Assembly: GCA_023248955.1 (NCBI GenBank)
Contig: JAHFDP010000004.1
Location: 17,704 to 81,703, forward strand
Source: Deltaproteobacteria bacterium
GTDB lineage: Bacteria > Myxococcota > Myxococcia > Myxococcales > JAHFDP01
DNA: 64,000 nt
Direction: 5' to 3'
Shown here in pieces: positions 36,369 to 46,216 of the stretch. The notes beneath the pieces are model-generated. The model did no database searches, had not been told where the DNA came from, and was given only the letters and a program-made list of their open reading frames with translations. The translations under genes were made by a program, and so were the position numbers. Every line of letters begins with the position of its first letter. Position 1 is the first letter of the stretch.

Positions 36369-38711
36369 CTACGGTATGCCTGGGGTTTCGCTTCTCCCCC
36401 ACACGGAGGGCGATGGACCCATCTCGAAATGCAGCGCTCCGCCCGGCCGAATATCGCCATGCCGCAAGATCGGCGCGGTGAGGGGCTGGCCATTGAGCGT
36501 AACCGACTGCACGAAGATGTTCGCACCGGACGCTTTGGGTGCCTCCACCAAAAATTCACCGCCAGAAATCGCTATCCGTGCACGCGGGAAAAGTGGCGCG
36601 CCGATCAGATAACGGTCCGTTCCCGGCATGGGAAAAAAGCCGAGCGCGCTAAAAACGTACCAAGCGGACATCGTTCCACCATCGTCGTTTCCCGGCAGCC
36701 CGTCGGCGCCCGATCCATACCAGCGCGTCATTGCCCAGCGCACCCAACGTTGCGTTAGATCCGGTCGCCCCGCGGCGGCGAAAAGATACGGGGCATGAAT
36801 GTCGGGCTCATTGCCAGCGAAATAGTAAGGACGCGGCAAAGAGCGCTTTAAATCGTCTGGATTTAATCCAATTAATGAATCCGCATCGGTAACAGCTTGT
36901 TCGAAAAAAGATTCCAACTTGGCGATAAATGCATCCCGACTTCCAAAAAGTCCGACGAGCCCGACGATGTCGTTCGAAGGCATCCAGACGCTCTGCCACG
37001 CATTGGATTCAACGTAGTCGTCATGGGCTTTATCGTCCCAGGCAATGGGATCGAATGCTCCCGGTGCCAGCGTTCCGTCTTCCAAATGGCCGCGCAAAAA
37101 TCCGGTCGTGGGATCGAATAATTTTCGATACCCTTTCGACCGCGCCAGGAGCCGATCTGCATCGGCTGTCTCTCCCAAGAGCGTCGCCAATTGCGCGAGT
37201 GCGTAATCGTCGCGCGCATATTCGGTGGTAATCGAAACGGAACCGCCCGCGGGCGCCGGAATATAGCCGAGGCGATCGTAGTCGTCGAAATGCATGCTGC
37301 GTCCACCTCGCCCCCCCGGCGGCGGCGTTGCGGAAAGCGCACCGGCGCGCAAAAGCGCATAGACGCCCTTCAAATCGAAACCGGTTACACCTTTCAGCGC
37401 GGCCTCGGCGATCACGATATCGGGGCTGGCCCCAGGCATTGTTGCTGCGTCACCTGTTCCAACCGGCCAGGTAGGAAACACGCCGCCGTTGGCCTGCGCC
37501 ATGGCGTAGAGGCTCCGCACGGTGTCGAGCAATCCGTCCGGAGCAATCACTGCGTAGAGTGGATCAAGCGTCCGGTAGGTGTCCCAGAGCGACATATCGG
37601 TGCAATAGCGAAATCCATCGGCCTTGCGAATTTGGCCGTCCATCGCGCGATAGGAACTATCGACGTCGCTTACCACCGTCGGCATTAAAAAAGCGTGGTA
37701 GAGCATCGAATAAAAAGTATGTCGCTCCTCTTCGCTTCCCCCGCTGATGCGCACGGTGGAAAGCAGCGTCCGCCACGCGTTTTCGGTCGCGCGGCGAACA
37801 TCGTCGAATCCGCGCCCTTCCACCTCCGCATCAAGGTTGGCGCGCGCGCCGGCCAGTGAAACCATCGAGAGCCCAACCGCAATCTCAAGCGGCGTCGCCG
37901 GCGTATTGTCGAACGCCAACGCAAGACCACCCCCCACACCCGTAACCGAACTTCCCTCCGTAGGAGCCACACCACTGCTCCACACCTGGGCGCTCTTCCA
38001 CGGCCGCCGCGCACGTAGCTCGAAAAAGACATCATACCCCGTGCCGCCCGACATTTGTCCGATGTGGTGCAGCTTCCCGCTTACCCGCTGCGCTGCGGTA
38101 TCAACCTGCGCCTCGGCCGCGGTGACCTTTCCCTGAAAAAGATGGTGATCGAGATCGACAATCACCGTTCCCGTCTTGAGCCCCGCCGGAAAGGAGAAGC
38201 GATGAATCGCCGCGTGCGGCGATGCGGTCAATTCGACGTGCACCAAACCATTAGTAAGTATCACATCGTAATACCCTGGCCGCGCATGCTCACTGCGCTT
38301 CTGAAACGTCGACGCGGCGCTCGCCACCGGTGCCATGGCATCAAACGCGGAGACCGGCATCAACGCGAGAATCCCGTAATCGGTATTGCCGGTCCCATGC
38401 AGGTGCATGTGTGAAAACCCGCGAATGGTATCGTCGCCATACCAATAACCGGAATAATGGAGAAAATTGATATCTCCATAAGGGCCCGTTGTATCCGGCC
38501 CCACCTTGACGAGCCCCTGCGGCGCCAACGCGCCGGGAAACGCGCTGCCGGCGGCGAATCCGAATCCACCGCTGCCAACAAACGGATCGGCGTAGTCAAC
38601 CGGATCGACAACTTCGGAGGGACCACTCGCCGGTTTGTGGCAGCAGACGAGAACGAGGGATGCGCTGAGGGCCGAAAAAGGTCGCATTTTATTTTTTAAA
38701 CGCTGCAGCAT
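36369..38711 (-). CDS. glycoside hydrolase family 92 (alpha-mannosidase-like)
   Basis: The ORF-track frame reaches 38732 (TTG). ATG 38711 or 38687 gives a signal and lipobox (SLVLVCC). The N-terminal DYADPFVGSGGFGFAAGSAFPGALAPQGLVKVGPDT and the overall length fit GH92. Confidence 0.75.
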   Translation of the reverse strand: MLQRLKNKMRPFSALSASLVLVCCHKPASGPSEVVDPVDYADPFVGSGGFGFAAGSAFPGALAPQGLVKVGPDTTGPYGDINFLHYSGYWYGDDTIRGFSHMHLHGTGNTDYGILALMPVSAFDAMAPVASAASTFQKRSEHARPGYYDVILTNGLVHVELTASPHAAIHRFSFPAGLKTGTVIVDLDHHLFQGKVTAAEAQVDTAAQRVSGKLHHIGQMSGGTGYDVFFELRARRPWKSAQVWSSGVAPTEGSSVTGVGGGLALAFDNTPATPLEIAVGLSMVSLAGARANLDAEVEGRGFDDVRRATENAWRTLLSTVRISGGSEEERHTFYSMLYHAFLMPTVVSDVDSSYRAMDGQIRKADGFRYCTDMSLWDTYRTLDPLYAVIAPDGLLDTVRSLYAMAQANGGVFPTWPVGTGDAATMPGASPDIVIAEAALKGVTGFDLKGVYALLRAGALSATPPPGGRGGRSMHFDDYDRLGYIPAPAGGSVSITTEYARDDYALAQLATLLGETADADRLLARSKGYRKLFDPTTGFLRGHLEDGTLAPGAFDPIAWDDKAHDDYVESNAWQSVWMPSNDIVGLVGLFGSRDAFIAKLESFFEQAVTDADSLIGLNPDDLKRSLPRPYYFAGNEPDIHAPYLFAAAGRPDLTQRWVRWAMTRWYGSGADGLPGNDDGGTMSAWYVFSALGFFPMPGTDRYLIGAPLFPRARIAISGGEFLVEAPKASGANIFVQSVTLNGQPLTAPILRHGDIRPGGALHFEMGPSPSVWGRSETPGIP

Positions 38712-39007
38712 GAACCAAGGTAGCCCAACCAAGCGTGGCCCACAATTTCATCTTTTGGACAGTCTTAAAGTACACTTGGGTTGGACACCGTTGAGCGACT
38801 CTCGAGACCGGCGGATGGTGGTGGTCGGCCCGACCCCGCCGTGCCTGGAAAATGTGAAGCGTACGCTGCCCGTGCATGTGCCAAATTGAAGGCGCGGATT
38901 GGCCAAGAGGGACCGCAAGAGTAGAAGCGCCTCCTTATTTTGATGGTACGACTCGTACACGCCATGCTGACGATGAACGCGATCGGCTGTGTCTTCTACG
39001 CGGTGAC

Positions 39008-40741
39008 CTACCGAAGCGGAATGCTGTCGATGGTGCTGGAAACGCTCCGCGCTGGCCCCGAGTAGCGCCAAATACGCACGCCGTAACCGGGCAGATCAAC
39101 CAGCTCGGTCGGCGCAAATGGTATGCGAACGCGCGCGCCTTCCGGTTGATAGCTGACGAGAACAAGAAGGTCACCGAGCCGCCACGCCAAAGCGCGCGTG
39201 CCTTCGATCGTGATCACTTCGGGCGGTGAATTGAGTCCGTGCGGAATTGCGCTTCGTCGTAGCTTCAAAAGCGTGCGATGCCACTCGAGCAGCGTCGCGT
39301 GTGGCTCACGCCATTTCTCTTCGTGCAGCACCTTGCTTTTTTCGAACGTCTCCGGTGATTGTGGATCGGGCACGCCATCGCCCCAAGCGAATTTTTCAAA
39401 CTCGCGCCGCCGTCCTTCGGTCACCGCGCACGCGAGCACTGGATCGCCATGATCTGTGAAGTAGAGAAACGGTGTCGTCGCGCCCCATTCCTCGCCCATG
39501 AAGAGCATCGGCGTGTTGCCCGACAGGAGAACCGTCGCGGCGACAGCCTTTTGCGCTTCGAGCGGAAGCAGCGTGCTCAGACGATCACCTTTGGCGCGAT
39601 TGCCAACTTGATCGTGATTTTGCGCAAATACGAGAAAACGATGCGGTGGCACGCTCGCGGGATTTTTTCCGTGCGGCGATCCACGAAACACACTCTGCTG
39701 GCCGACGTACACAAAGCCGCGCGACATGGCCGTGGCCAGATCTTCGAGACGACCAAAGTCCGCGTAGTAGCCCTGTCGCTCGCCGGTGAGTAGCGCGTGA
39801 AGCGCGTGGTGAAAATCATCCGACCACTGCGCATCGCAGCCCCATCCGCTTTCTGTGCGCGGCAACACCACCAGTGGATCGTTGAGATCGCTCTCGGCGA
39901 TGATGCGCCCACGTTCTGCAAGTTCGGCAACAAGATGCCGAGGCGATCGATCCGTGATCGCGTGCACCGCATCGAGACGAATCGCATCGACGCGGTAACT
40001 TCGAAAAAAACGATCTGCGTGATCGATCGCCCAACGACGCACCGCGACATTGCCGTAATCGAGTGCGTCGCCCCATGGTGTCTGCACGTCGCGTGTGAAG
40101 TAGGGACCGAATTCGGAAACGTAATTCCCCTCGGGGCCGAGGTGATTGAGCACCAAATCGATCACCACCGAAATTCCAAGCGCGTGCGCGACGTCAACGA
40201 ATGCGGCGAGCGCTTGCGGACCACCGTAAGACGCTTGCACACTTCCCGGCGCGACTCCGTCGTAACCCCAATTGCGACGACCCGGAAATGACGAGAGCGG
40301 CATCAGCTCGATCGCCGTAATTCCCAAATCGGCGAGCTCGCCGAGACGCTCGGACGCGCCGATCAGATCTCCGCGTCCCGTAAATGTTCCAACGTGCAGC
40401 TCGTAAATGATCTCGTCACGCACCGCGCGACCGGGACCTTCGCGAATAGAAAAAGCGCGCGGGTCAACAATTTCGCTCGGGCCATGCACACCCTCGGGCT
40501 GCAACCACGTCGCCGGATCGGGCCGCCCGCGTGCATCGCCCAAATCAAATGCGTAGCGTTGCCCCGCTCGCGCACCCGCCACGAACGTGTGGTGGTACCC
40601 ATCCTCGATCGGCGTGAGGATTTTTTTCTTGCCGTCCAACAGGAGCGTCACCGTCGGCAAGCGCGGCGCCCAGAGGAGAAACTCGACGCCATCCGCGCGC
40701 ACCATGGCTCCGAGCGGAACTGCTTGCGATAGGGGTTTCAC
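39008..40741 (-). CDS. treZ: malto-oligosyltrehalose trehalohydrolase (GH13)
   Basis: Motifs LGA...DGVEFLLWAP, YELHVGTFT, LMPLSSFPGRRNWGYDGV, VIDLVLNHLGPEGNY, DAIRLDAVHA. The ORF-track N-terminal extension to 40984 overlaps the divergent gene, so GTG 40741 (or ATG 40705) is the likelier start. Confidence 0.8.
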   Translation of the reverse strand: MKPLSQAVPLGAMVRADGVEFLLWAPRLPTVTLLLDGKKKILTPIEDGYHHTFVAGARAGQRYAFDLGDARGRPDPATWLQPEGVHGPSEIVDPRAFSIREGPGRAVRDEIIYELHVGTFTGRGDLIGASERLGELADLGITAIELMPLSSFPGRRNWGYDGVAPGSVQASYGGPQALAAFVDVAHALGISVVIDLVLNHLGPEGNYVSEFGPYFTRDVQTPWGDALDYGNVAVRRWAIDHADRFFRSYRVDAIRLDAVHAITDRSPRHLVAELAERGRIIAESDLNDPLVVLPRTESGWGCDAQWSDDFHHALHALLTGERQGYYADFGRLEDLATAMSRGFVYVGQQSVFRGSPHGKNPASVPPHRFLVFAQNHDQVGNRAKGDRLSTLLPLEAQKAVAATVLLSGNTPMLFMGEEWGATTPFLYFTDHGDPVLACAVTEGRRREFEKFAWGDGVPDPQSPETFEKSKVLHEEKWREPHATLLEWHRTLLKLRRSAIPHGLNSPPEVITIEGTRALAWRLGDLLVLVSYQPEGARVRIPFAPTELVDLPGYGVRIWRYSGPARSVSSTIDSIPLR

Positions 40742-40801
40742 GAACGCGTTTCCATGAATAGAAAACGAGTAAGCGCGTCTGAACAACAACCGGGAGACTT
40801 C

Positions 40802-42439
40802 ATGCGCATCGTGTCGCTGGCCCTTCTCGTGCCGATTTTTGCTTGGGCACAACCCTCTGTCGACGTCGCTTCGCACATCGACGCAGTCACCGTTTACCAG
40901 GGATCGGCGCGGGTGACGCGAATCGCGCGCGTGACGCTCCCGCGAGGCGATGTTCGCGCGGTGATCAGCGGAATCTCTGCGCAACTAGGGGACGAAACGG
41001 TGCGCGTCTCCGGTCGCGGCGTTCCCGCGAAGATTTTCGGCGTGTCGGTCGAACGCACAACGCACGGCGACGCCACCAGCACCGAAGTCCGCAACGCGCG
41101 CGAAGCGGTTTTGCATCTCGAAAATCAGGACCGCGCGCTGCTCGATGCACAGCACGCGCTCGAGGTAAAAAAGAATTTCATCGAATCGCTCAAGTCGACT
41201 TACGCCGAAGAGCGCACCAAGAATTTGCCGTCGCATCCGCTGGACACGCGCGAGTTGGCCAACATGGCCGACTTCATCGCGCGCGAGGATGAACGAATCG
41301 CCGAGGCGCGGCGCAAGCTGGATGCGCAGCGACGCGATCTTGCGAAGTCGCTCACAGCGGCACGCGACACGCTTACAAAAATCGAAGCGAAGAGCGGCCA
41401 GACCTCGAAGACGGTGGTGGTCGATCTCTCCTCTGAGAAGTCGGGCGAATTCAATCTCGAAATTTCCTACACGGTTCCGATGGCACAGTGGACGCCGCAG
41501 TGGGACGTGCGGCTCGACACAGACAAGAGGCTCCTCTCGCTCACGCTGCTCTCGTCGATCGAACAGCACACCGGCGAAGATTGGCGCGACGTTGCGCTGA
41601 CTGTTTCGACCGCAGCGCAAGCGGCACTGGTCTTGCCGGATCTCGGATCACAATATCTTGAGTATCGTCGACAACTTTTCCGCGGCGCGATGTCGCCCCA
41701 AGAAGCGCCATCGGGGATGGCGTTGAATGGCGCAGCCAGGCACGCAGAAGAGGACGTTTCCGAATCCGCTCTCGAGGAGGCGCAAACGGTATCCGCGACG
41801 TTTGCGCAGGGTCTTCTCTCGGCGACGTACACAGCACCGCGACGCGAAACGGTGGACGGCGCGGGCAATCCTCATCGCGCTTTTCTAGCGACCTACCTAC
41901 TCCCCACCAAAATCGGCCGCACGGCCGCACCCTCGGTAACCGGACAGGTGCTCCTGTTCGCCAAGACGAAAAATGAAACCGGTGCGGAGCTGCTCGCGGG
42001 GCCAGCGTCGATTTACCTCGGCAACGAATTTTCCGGACGTGGCCTGATGCAGCTCGTCCCCGCGGGCGACGATCTCAAGCTCGGATTCGGTGCGGATGAT
42101 CGGGTGAAGATCGAGCGCACCATCGTCGAGCGGAGACACGAAACAGCCGGCGTTTTTTCGAAAGAAGAGCTCCTTCGCTACGACATTCGCACGCGCTTGA
42201 GGAATCTTCGCGACGAAGCCATCGACGTGCTTGTCGTCGATCGCATCCCCGTTTCGCGGGACCAGACGATTGCGGTCAAAGTGCTCGACGGAACGACACC
42301 GACCAACCAACCCGACGATCCCGAAAAACCGGGTGTGCGCAAAACGCTCGTTCATCTCGAGCCGCAATCGGAGCAGGTGCTGGAGCTGCGTTACGAGGTG
42401 CGCTGGCCACCTGGACGGCAGCCGAATGGACTCGAGTGA
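40802..42439 (+). CDS. DUF4139/DUF4140 (MuiA-like) secreted protein
   Basis: ATG 40802 gives the signal peptide MRIVSLALLVPIFAWAQP. IDAVTVYQGSARVTRIARVTLPRGD..., a central coiled-coil segment and the C-terminal domain are typical of this family. Confidence 0.7.
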   Translation: MRIVSLALLVPIFAWAQPSVDVASHIDAVTVYQGSARVTRIARVTLPRGDVRAVISGISAQLGDETVRVSGRGVPAKIFGVSVERTTHGDATSTEVRNAREAVLHLENQDRALLDAQHALEVKKNFIESLKSTYAEERTKNLPSHPLDTRELANMADFIAREDERIAEARRKLDAQRRDLAKSLTAARDTLTKIEAKSGQTSKTVVVDLSSEKSGEFNLEISYTVPMAQWTPQWDVRLDTDKRLLSLTLLSSIEQHTGEDWRDVALTVSTAAQAALVLPDLGSQYLEYRRQLFRGAMSPQEAPSGMALNGAARHAEEDVSESALEEAQTVSATFAQGLLSATYTAPRRETVDGAGNPHRAFLATYLLPTKIGRTAAPSVTGQVLLFAKTKNETGAELLAGPASIYLGNEFSGRGLMQLVPAGDDLKLGFGADDRVKIERTIVERRHETAGVFSKEELLRYDIRTRLRNLRDEAIDVLVVDRIPVSRDQTIAVKVLDGTTPTNQPDDPEKPGVRKTLVHLEPQSEQVLELRYEVRWPPGRQPNGLE

Positions 42440-42475
42440 CACAAGGAAGCCACTCACCGAGCGCTGATGTCCGAG

Positions 42476-42580
42476 GGTGTAGGACGAAGTTGAGGTGTCA
42501 AGCGGTGGAGAGCGAAGCAATTTCCGTTCGACCCGAGTAGCGGCCGCAAGAGCCCGCCGCCTCAACTTCGTCCTACGCCC
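42476..42580. mobile_element. MITE-like element: 20-bp TIRs and imperfect 10-bp flanking direct repeat
   Basis: GGTGTAGGACGAAGTTGAGG (42476-42495) pairs with CCTCAACTTCGTCCTACGCC (42560-42579) at 19/20 as an inverted repeat. The flanks are gatgtccgag (42466-42475) and gacgtccgag (42581-42590). Confidence 0.55.
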
Positions 42581-42680
42581 GACGTCCGAGCTCTGATGTC
42601 CGAGCGCTGATTGACACCCTTGCGTGGGTGGCATAAAAACACGGCCCCACGTTGTTTAATCCGTGGTCGGCGGCGCTTTT

Positions 42681-42757
42681 CGGGGAGTGGCTCAGCCTGG
42701 TAGAGCACCTGGTTCGGGACCAGGGGGTCGCAGGTTCAAATCCTGTCTCCCCGACCA
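42681..42757 (+). tRNA. tRNA-Pro (anticodon CGG)
   Basis: The cloverleaf folds by hand: acceptor CGGGGAG/CTCCCCG, D stem GCTC/GAGC, anticodon stem CCTGG/CCAGG with loop TTCGGGA, T arm GCAGG-TTCAAAT-CCTGT, and an encoded CCA. Confidence 0.9.
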
Positions 42758-42846
42758 ATTTAACCTCCGTAATTTACGAGAGAATTTAGTGGGGGTAGAT
42801 CCCCCAATCTCGGGCGATCCACCTCTTTGGGCTACAGGTGGGCTAA

Positions 42847-43560
42847 ATGGCTGCGGCGGCGCCATCCAAGGTAGCGCCGGAACCCCAAGCCTGTTCAGTC
42901 CGGCTCAGCCTAAACCCGAGCCGCATCGCTCGGTCGTTCGAGAGCGTATTTCCGGCGGTGCAGTACTTCGAGATGGAAGCGCGCTATCCGAAATCGTGGC
43001 TGCACGGGTCGGGCACTTTGCAGTCGCTGATGTCGATCTGCTTCTCGGACATGAAAGCGCAGCAGCGTGCGGGTCGCGGCTCAAATGGCCAATGTGCCGC
43101 GTTGGAAGGCCAGCTGGACATGCGAGAGACGCAGCTTCTGCTCACGAATACGTTCGGGGTCGCGCGCGAGAAACAGATCGCGGCGGTCGACGAAGAGTCG
43201 GCACGCGCGTTCGTGGCGAGTCAGAGCGCGTTGCAGCGAAGTAGCATCACCTCCGCGCAAGCGCACGTGCTGGCCGAGGCGTGCGAAGACGGCGGAGAGG
43301 CTGCGGAATGTCAGGCGGCAGCGAATGCCGCCGCGGTTGCTCAGCTCGACGAAGCCGCGCAGATGAATGGTCAGATGGCGCTGGCGAATCGGCTGCAGAC
43401 GATTCGTATCGAGCAGGAAAACGCCAAGATGCGCCGCGAAGAGGCCGATTCAACGTACCGCGAAAACCAGATTCAGCACGGCGTCGAGCAACTCGCCGCG
43501 CCGCCGCCGCGCATGAAAGCCGACGGATTTCTCCTCGACGACGCGCAGGTGCAGCCATGA
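42847..43560 (+). pseudogene. conjugal-transfer TrbJ-like protein remnant (lacks signal peptide)
   Basis: 237-aa ORF with a Gln/Ala/Glu-rich coiled-coil C-terminus (AQMNGQMALANRLQTIRIEQENAKMRREEA) and a position upstream of trbL/trbF-like fragments. The assignment is weak. Confidence 0.35.
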
Positions 43561-43971
43561 CGCCGCTTTTGGATCTGACGAACGGCGCCACTTCAGAGAT
43601 GCTTCTCGACGCCGCGCATCAGCGGCATCGGATCGAAATGGTTCGGCCATTTCGTTACGGTGGCCAGCTGGCCGATATTTAGTGGATTGCTACTCGCGAT
43701 TACGCTCCAACTCGGCGTGAACGGTCTCGTCGGCCAAGAAGCGTTTGGCGCCATCGCGGCTTCGCTGGTGATGATCCTCACGGCGATCGCCACGCCGGTG
43801 CTCGCCGGCAAACTGATCGGCGGATCGCCGAGCGTGGTTGGGCACGGACACGCGATGGCGAAGCGGGCGTTCCAAGGTAGCGTTGGTCTGGCGAGGCATT
43901 TTGCGGGTGGCAACGAATCCCGCACCACAACCGCAGCAGCTTCGGGATCTCGCGAAGCCGAGGCGCAGTAA
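43557..43971 (+). pseudogene. TrbL/VirB6-like membrane protein fragments (frameshifted, far too short)
   Basis: Two overlapping short frames. The second has TM-rich IFSGLLLAITLQLGVNGLV...LVMILTAIATPVLAGKLIGG followed by a polar tail. Its position lies between the trbJ-like and trbF-like pieces. Confidence 0.3.
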
Positions 43972-43973
43972 CG

Positions 43974-44182
43974 ATGGCCATCGCCAACACGCAACCGCTG
44001 CGTCTTGCCAAGGTCGGTGGACCGCCAGCGATCTGGGCGGCGTTCTCACGACAGAGCGCGTGGAAGAGTTGGGTCATCGCAGCGCAGCTCGTCGTTATCG
44101 TGCTTCTCGTTTTCGTTGCGCTGGCGCTTGCCAAGAAACGCGAGCCCGATGTCGTCGTCGTGCAGCCAGATGGAAAGAGCCA
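43974..44182 (+). pseudogene. TrbF/VirB8-like N-terminal fragment, cut off by the 62-bp repeat
   Basis: MAIANTQPL...WKSWVIAAQLVVIVLLVFVALALAKKREPDVVVVQPDGKSQG has the VirB8/TrbF layout (N-terminal TM, then P.VV.VD..G). Homology stops where repeat copy B begins. Confidence 0.45.
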
Positions 44183-44244
44183 GGGGACCCCTTCTGGCTT
44201 CGGCGCGACTCCGCGCCGCGGCCGCCTTTGGCGTCCGGAAGAAT
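44183..44244 (+). repeat. 62-bp structured repeat, copy B
   Basis: 61/62 identical to 15773..15834. Confidence 0.85.
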
Positions 44245-44551
44245 GAGTGCAAAAATCATTGACTCAGGAGACTGAGATGGTTGGACCTGTCAAGAGCTAG
44301 AACGTTTTTCATTTTTTCGGTTCACCATATTTTTCGTTTCGAGCGGCGGAAGCGACGGACGATGAGGAGCTTGTTGCGACGATTGATCAGCCTGAGATTC
44401 GCGGGTTGGTTACCGCATGACAATTCATTCGTCGAGGGCTGCCTCTGTCTAGTGGCGAGCGTGGGCGGTGAAGCCTGCTCATAGTCTCCTCGAGGATTCC
44501 CCTTGATCGCGCTCTTCGTCGTCCGCCTCCTCCGCCGTTCGAGTCTTCAAG

Positions 44552-44980
44552 TTAGTTGGTTGCTTTAATCGGTACTTCGCTCGCAATGGCCCAAACGAAT
44601 CCGGCGAGCTCGCGCGCAATGGCGGTCACCGTTTTCTGCTTGCTCATGCCGCGCCCCATCATCCGCGCGTAGCGTTTGTGCAGGCGTTCCTGCGCCTTCC
44701 ACGCAATGCGCTGGACCCCCACTGGTGCCTCTTGATTGCGCAAACGGATCTCGCGACTCATCGTCGGTCGAAATCGGTAGCTCCACGCTGATTCCACCAG
44801 CGCACGCCGCACGTGGGCGTTGCCGGTTTTTGTGATCCTCCCGCGCCTCTTGCTTTCGCCGCTCGAGTGCTCGGAGGGCACCAGTCCCAGATACGCCATC
44901 AGCTGCGGCGCTTTCGCGAAGCGGCGCATGTCGCCGAGTTCGGCCGCGATCACGACCGTGATAATCTGCGCGCGGAGACG
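44552..44980 (-). mobile_element. IS110-family transposase C-terminal fragment (5'-truncated)
   Basis: ITVVIAAELGDMRRFAKAPQLMAYLGLVPSEHSSGESKRRGRITKTGNAHVRRALVESAW is the Transposase_20 signature. The N-terminal catalytic domain is absent, and the junction lies at the start codon of the next gene. Confidence 0.8.
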
Positions 44981-44983
44981 CGC

Positions 44984-46216
44984 ATGAAAAATCATTCTCG
45001 AATAATCCCTTTGTTTCTTGCCTTCGCCTTGGGCGCTTGCCCCAAGCCCGATAGTCCGCCGACATCCAATGATGGCGGGACGACAAACAGTGCCGACGCG
45101 GGCGATCAGGAGGAGTGCCACTCCTCAACGGATTGGGCGATTGTCAATTCCAGCGAACTTTCCGGCAAGATCGGTGATGATTTGCATTACCTCCTCACTA
45201 GATTGGACGGCCGCGGTGGTGGCGTGACGCAGGAAACAGCCGGCGACAACACCATCGCCTTTGTCCCTGGCGATCCCAACAATGGCTGGGCGGTTGGACA
45301 CTCGGGCGAGGTGGTGCGCATCCAGCGAAAGTCGAATGGAAACGCCGACGCGACGCTTTCCTCTTTTGATTTATCGACCGGTGAATTAGCGAGCGTCGCA
45401 CCCGTAGACGCCAATCAAGTCTGGATTGCGGGAAAGGACAGCCAGAACGGCGGCGCGTCGATATTCGTCACAGACAACGGCGGTCAAAATTGGACCGCGA
45501 GCACCACGACTGCCATTACCTTTCCCTCGGACAACCGAACCGACACCGCGTCCGATCGCATCAATGCGCTGGTGGCCGCAGCCGATGGCCTGCACGTCTT
45601 GGCTGTCGGCCGTCTCGGGTATGGAACAGCGCTCATTCTTCGCACCGCCGACGGCGGCAAGAATTGGGCGTCGGACACGCTCGATACTTTGGCCTTACCG
45701 GCCGATAGCCAACTCGAAAGCGTCACCTTTGCCGATATGCAAACCGGTTATGCCTCCGGTTATCACGGCACGATTCTCAAGACTGTCGACGGCGGCGAAC
45801 ACTGGTCCAAGCTTTCGCCCAATGTCAGCGGCAGCATTCATGCCATTCGCTGCAAGGATTCCCAAAACTGCATCGCAGTCGGTGATAGCAACGTGCTTTT
45901 AAAGACCATCGACGGCGGTGCAAATTGGACGAGCATTCATCCGCCCTCTGGAAAATCCATTGATTGGGCCGCGCTTTTTATTGCCGACCAAGAGGTGTGG
46001 ATCGGGGGATCGGACGCCACCATCGCCCACTCCGCCGACTTTGGCGCGAATTGGATCACGCAAACCGTTGGGCGCGCGAGGAAAGAGAGCGGCCAGTGCG
46101 TCACCTTCACCCTCAGCGCGCAGGTGCGATCCATCGTCATGCTGGATGCACACTACGGCTGGGCAGTCTGCGCGAATTCATCGAGTAACACCGGCGCGGT
46201 TTTAAGAAAGTTCTAG
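44984..46216 (+). CDS. BNR/Ycf48-like beta-propeller lipoprotein
   Basis: ATG 44984 gives MKNHSRIIPLFLAFALGACP (lipobox). Repeated T.DGG..W motifs: TDNGGQNW, TADGGKNW, TVDGGEHW, TIDGGANW, SADFGANW. Confidence 0.75.
   Translation: MKNHSRIIPLFLAFALGACPKPDSPPTSNDGGTTNSADAGDQEECHSSTDWAIVNSSELSGKIGDDLHYLLTRLDGRGGGVTQETAGDNTIAFVPGDPNNGWAVGHSGEVVRIQRKSNGNADATLSSFDLSTGELASVAPVDANQVWIAGKDSQNGGASIFVTDNGGQNWTASTTTAITFPSDNRTDTASDRINALVAAADGLHVLAVGRLGYGTALILRTADGGKNWASDTLDTLALPADSQLESVTFADMQTGYASGYHGTILKTVDGGEHWSKLSPNVSGSIHAIRCKDSQNCIAVGDSNVLLKTIDGGANWTSIHPPSGKSIDWAALFIADQEVWIGGSDATIAHSADFGANWITQTVGRARKESGQCVTFTLSAQVRSIVMLDAHYGWAVCANSSSNTGAVLRKF

Noticed and set aside
40985-41620. 211-aa minus-strand ORF inside the DUF4139 gene
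   Set aside because: It is antisense to the DUF4139 gene, is Arg-rich, and has no motifs.
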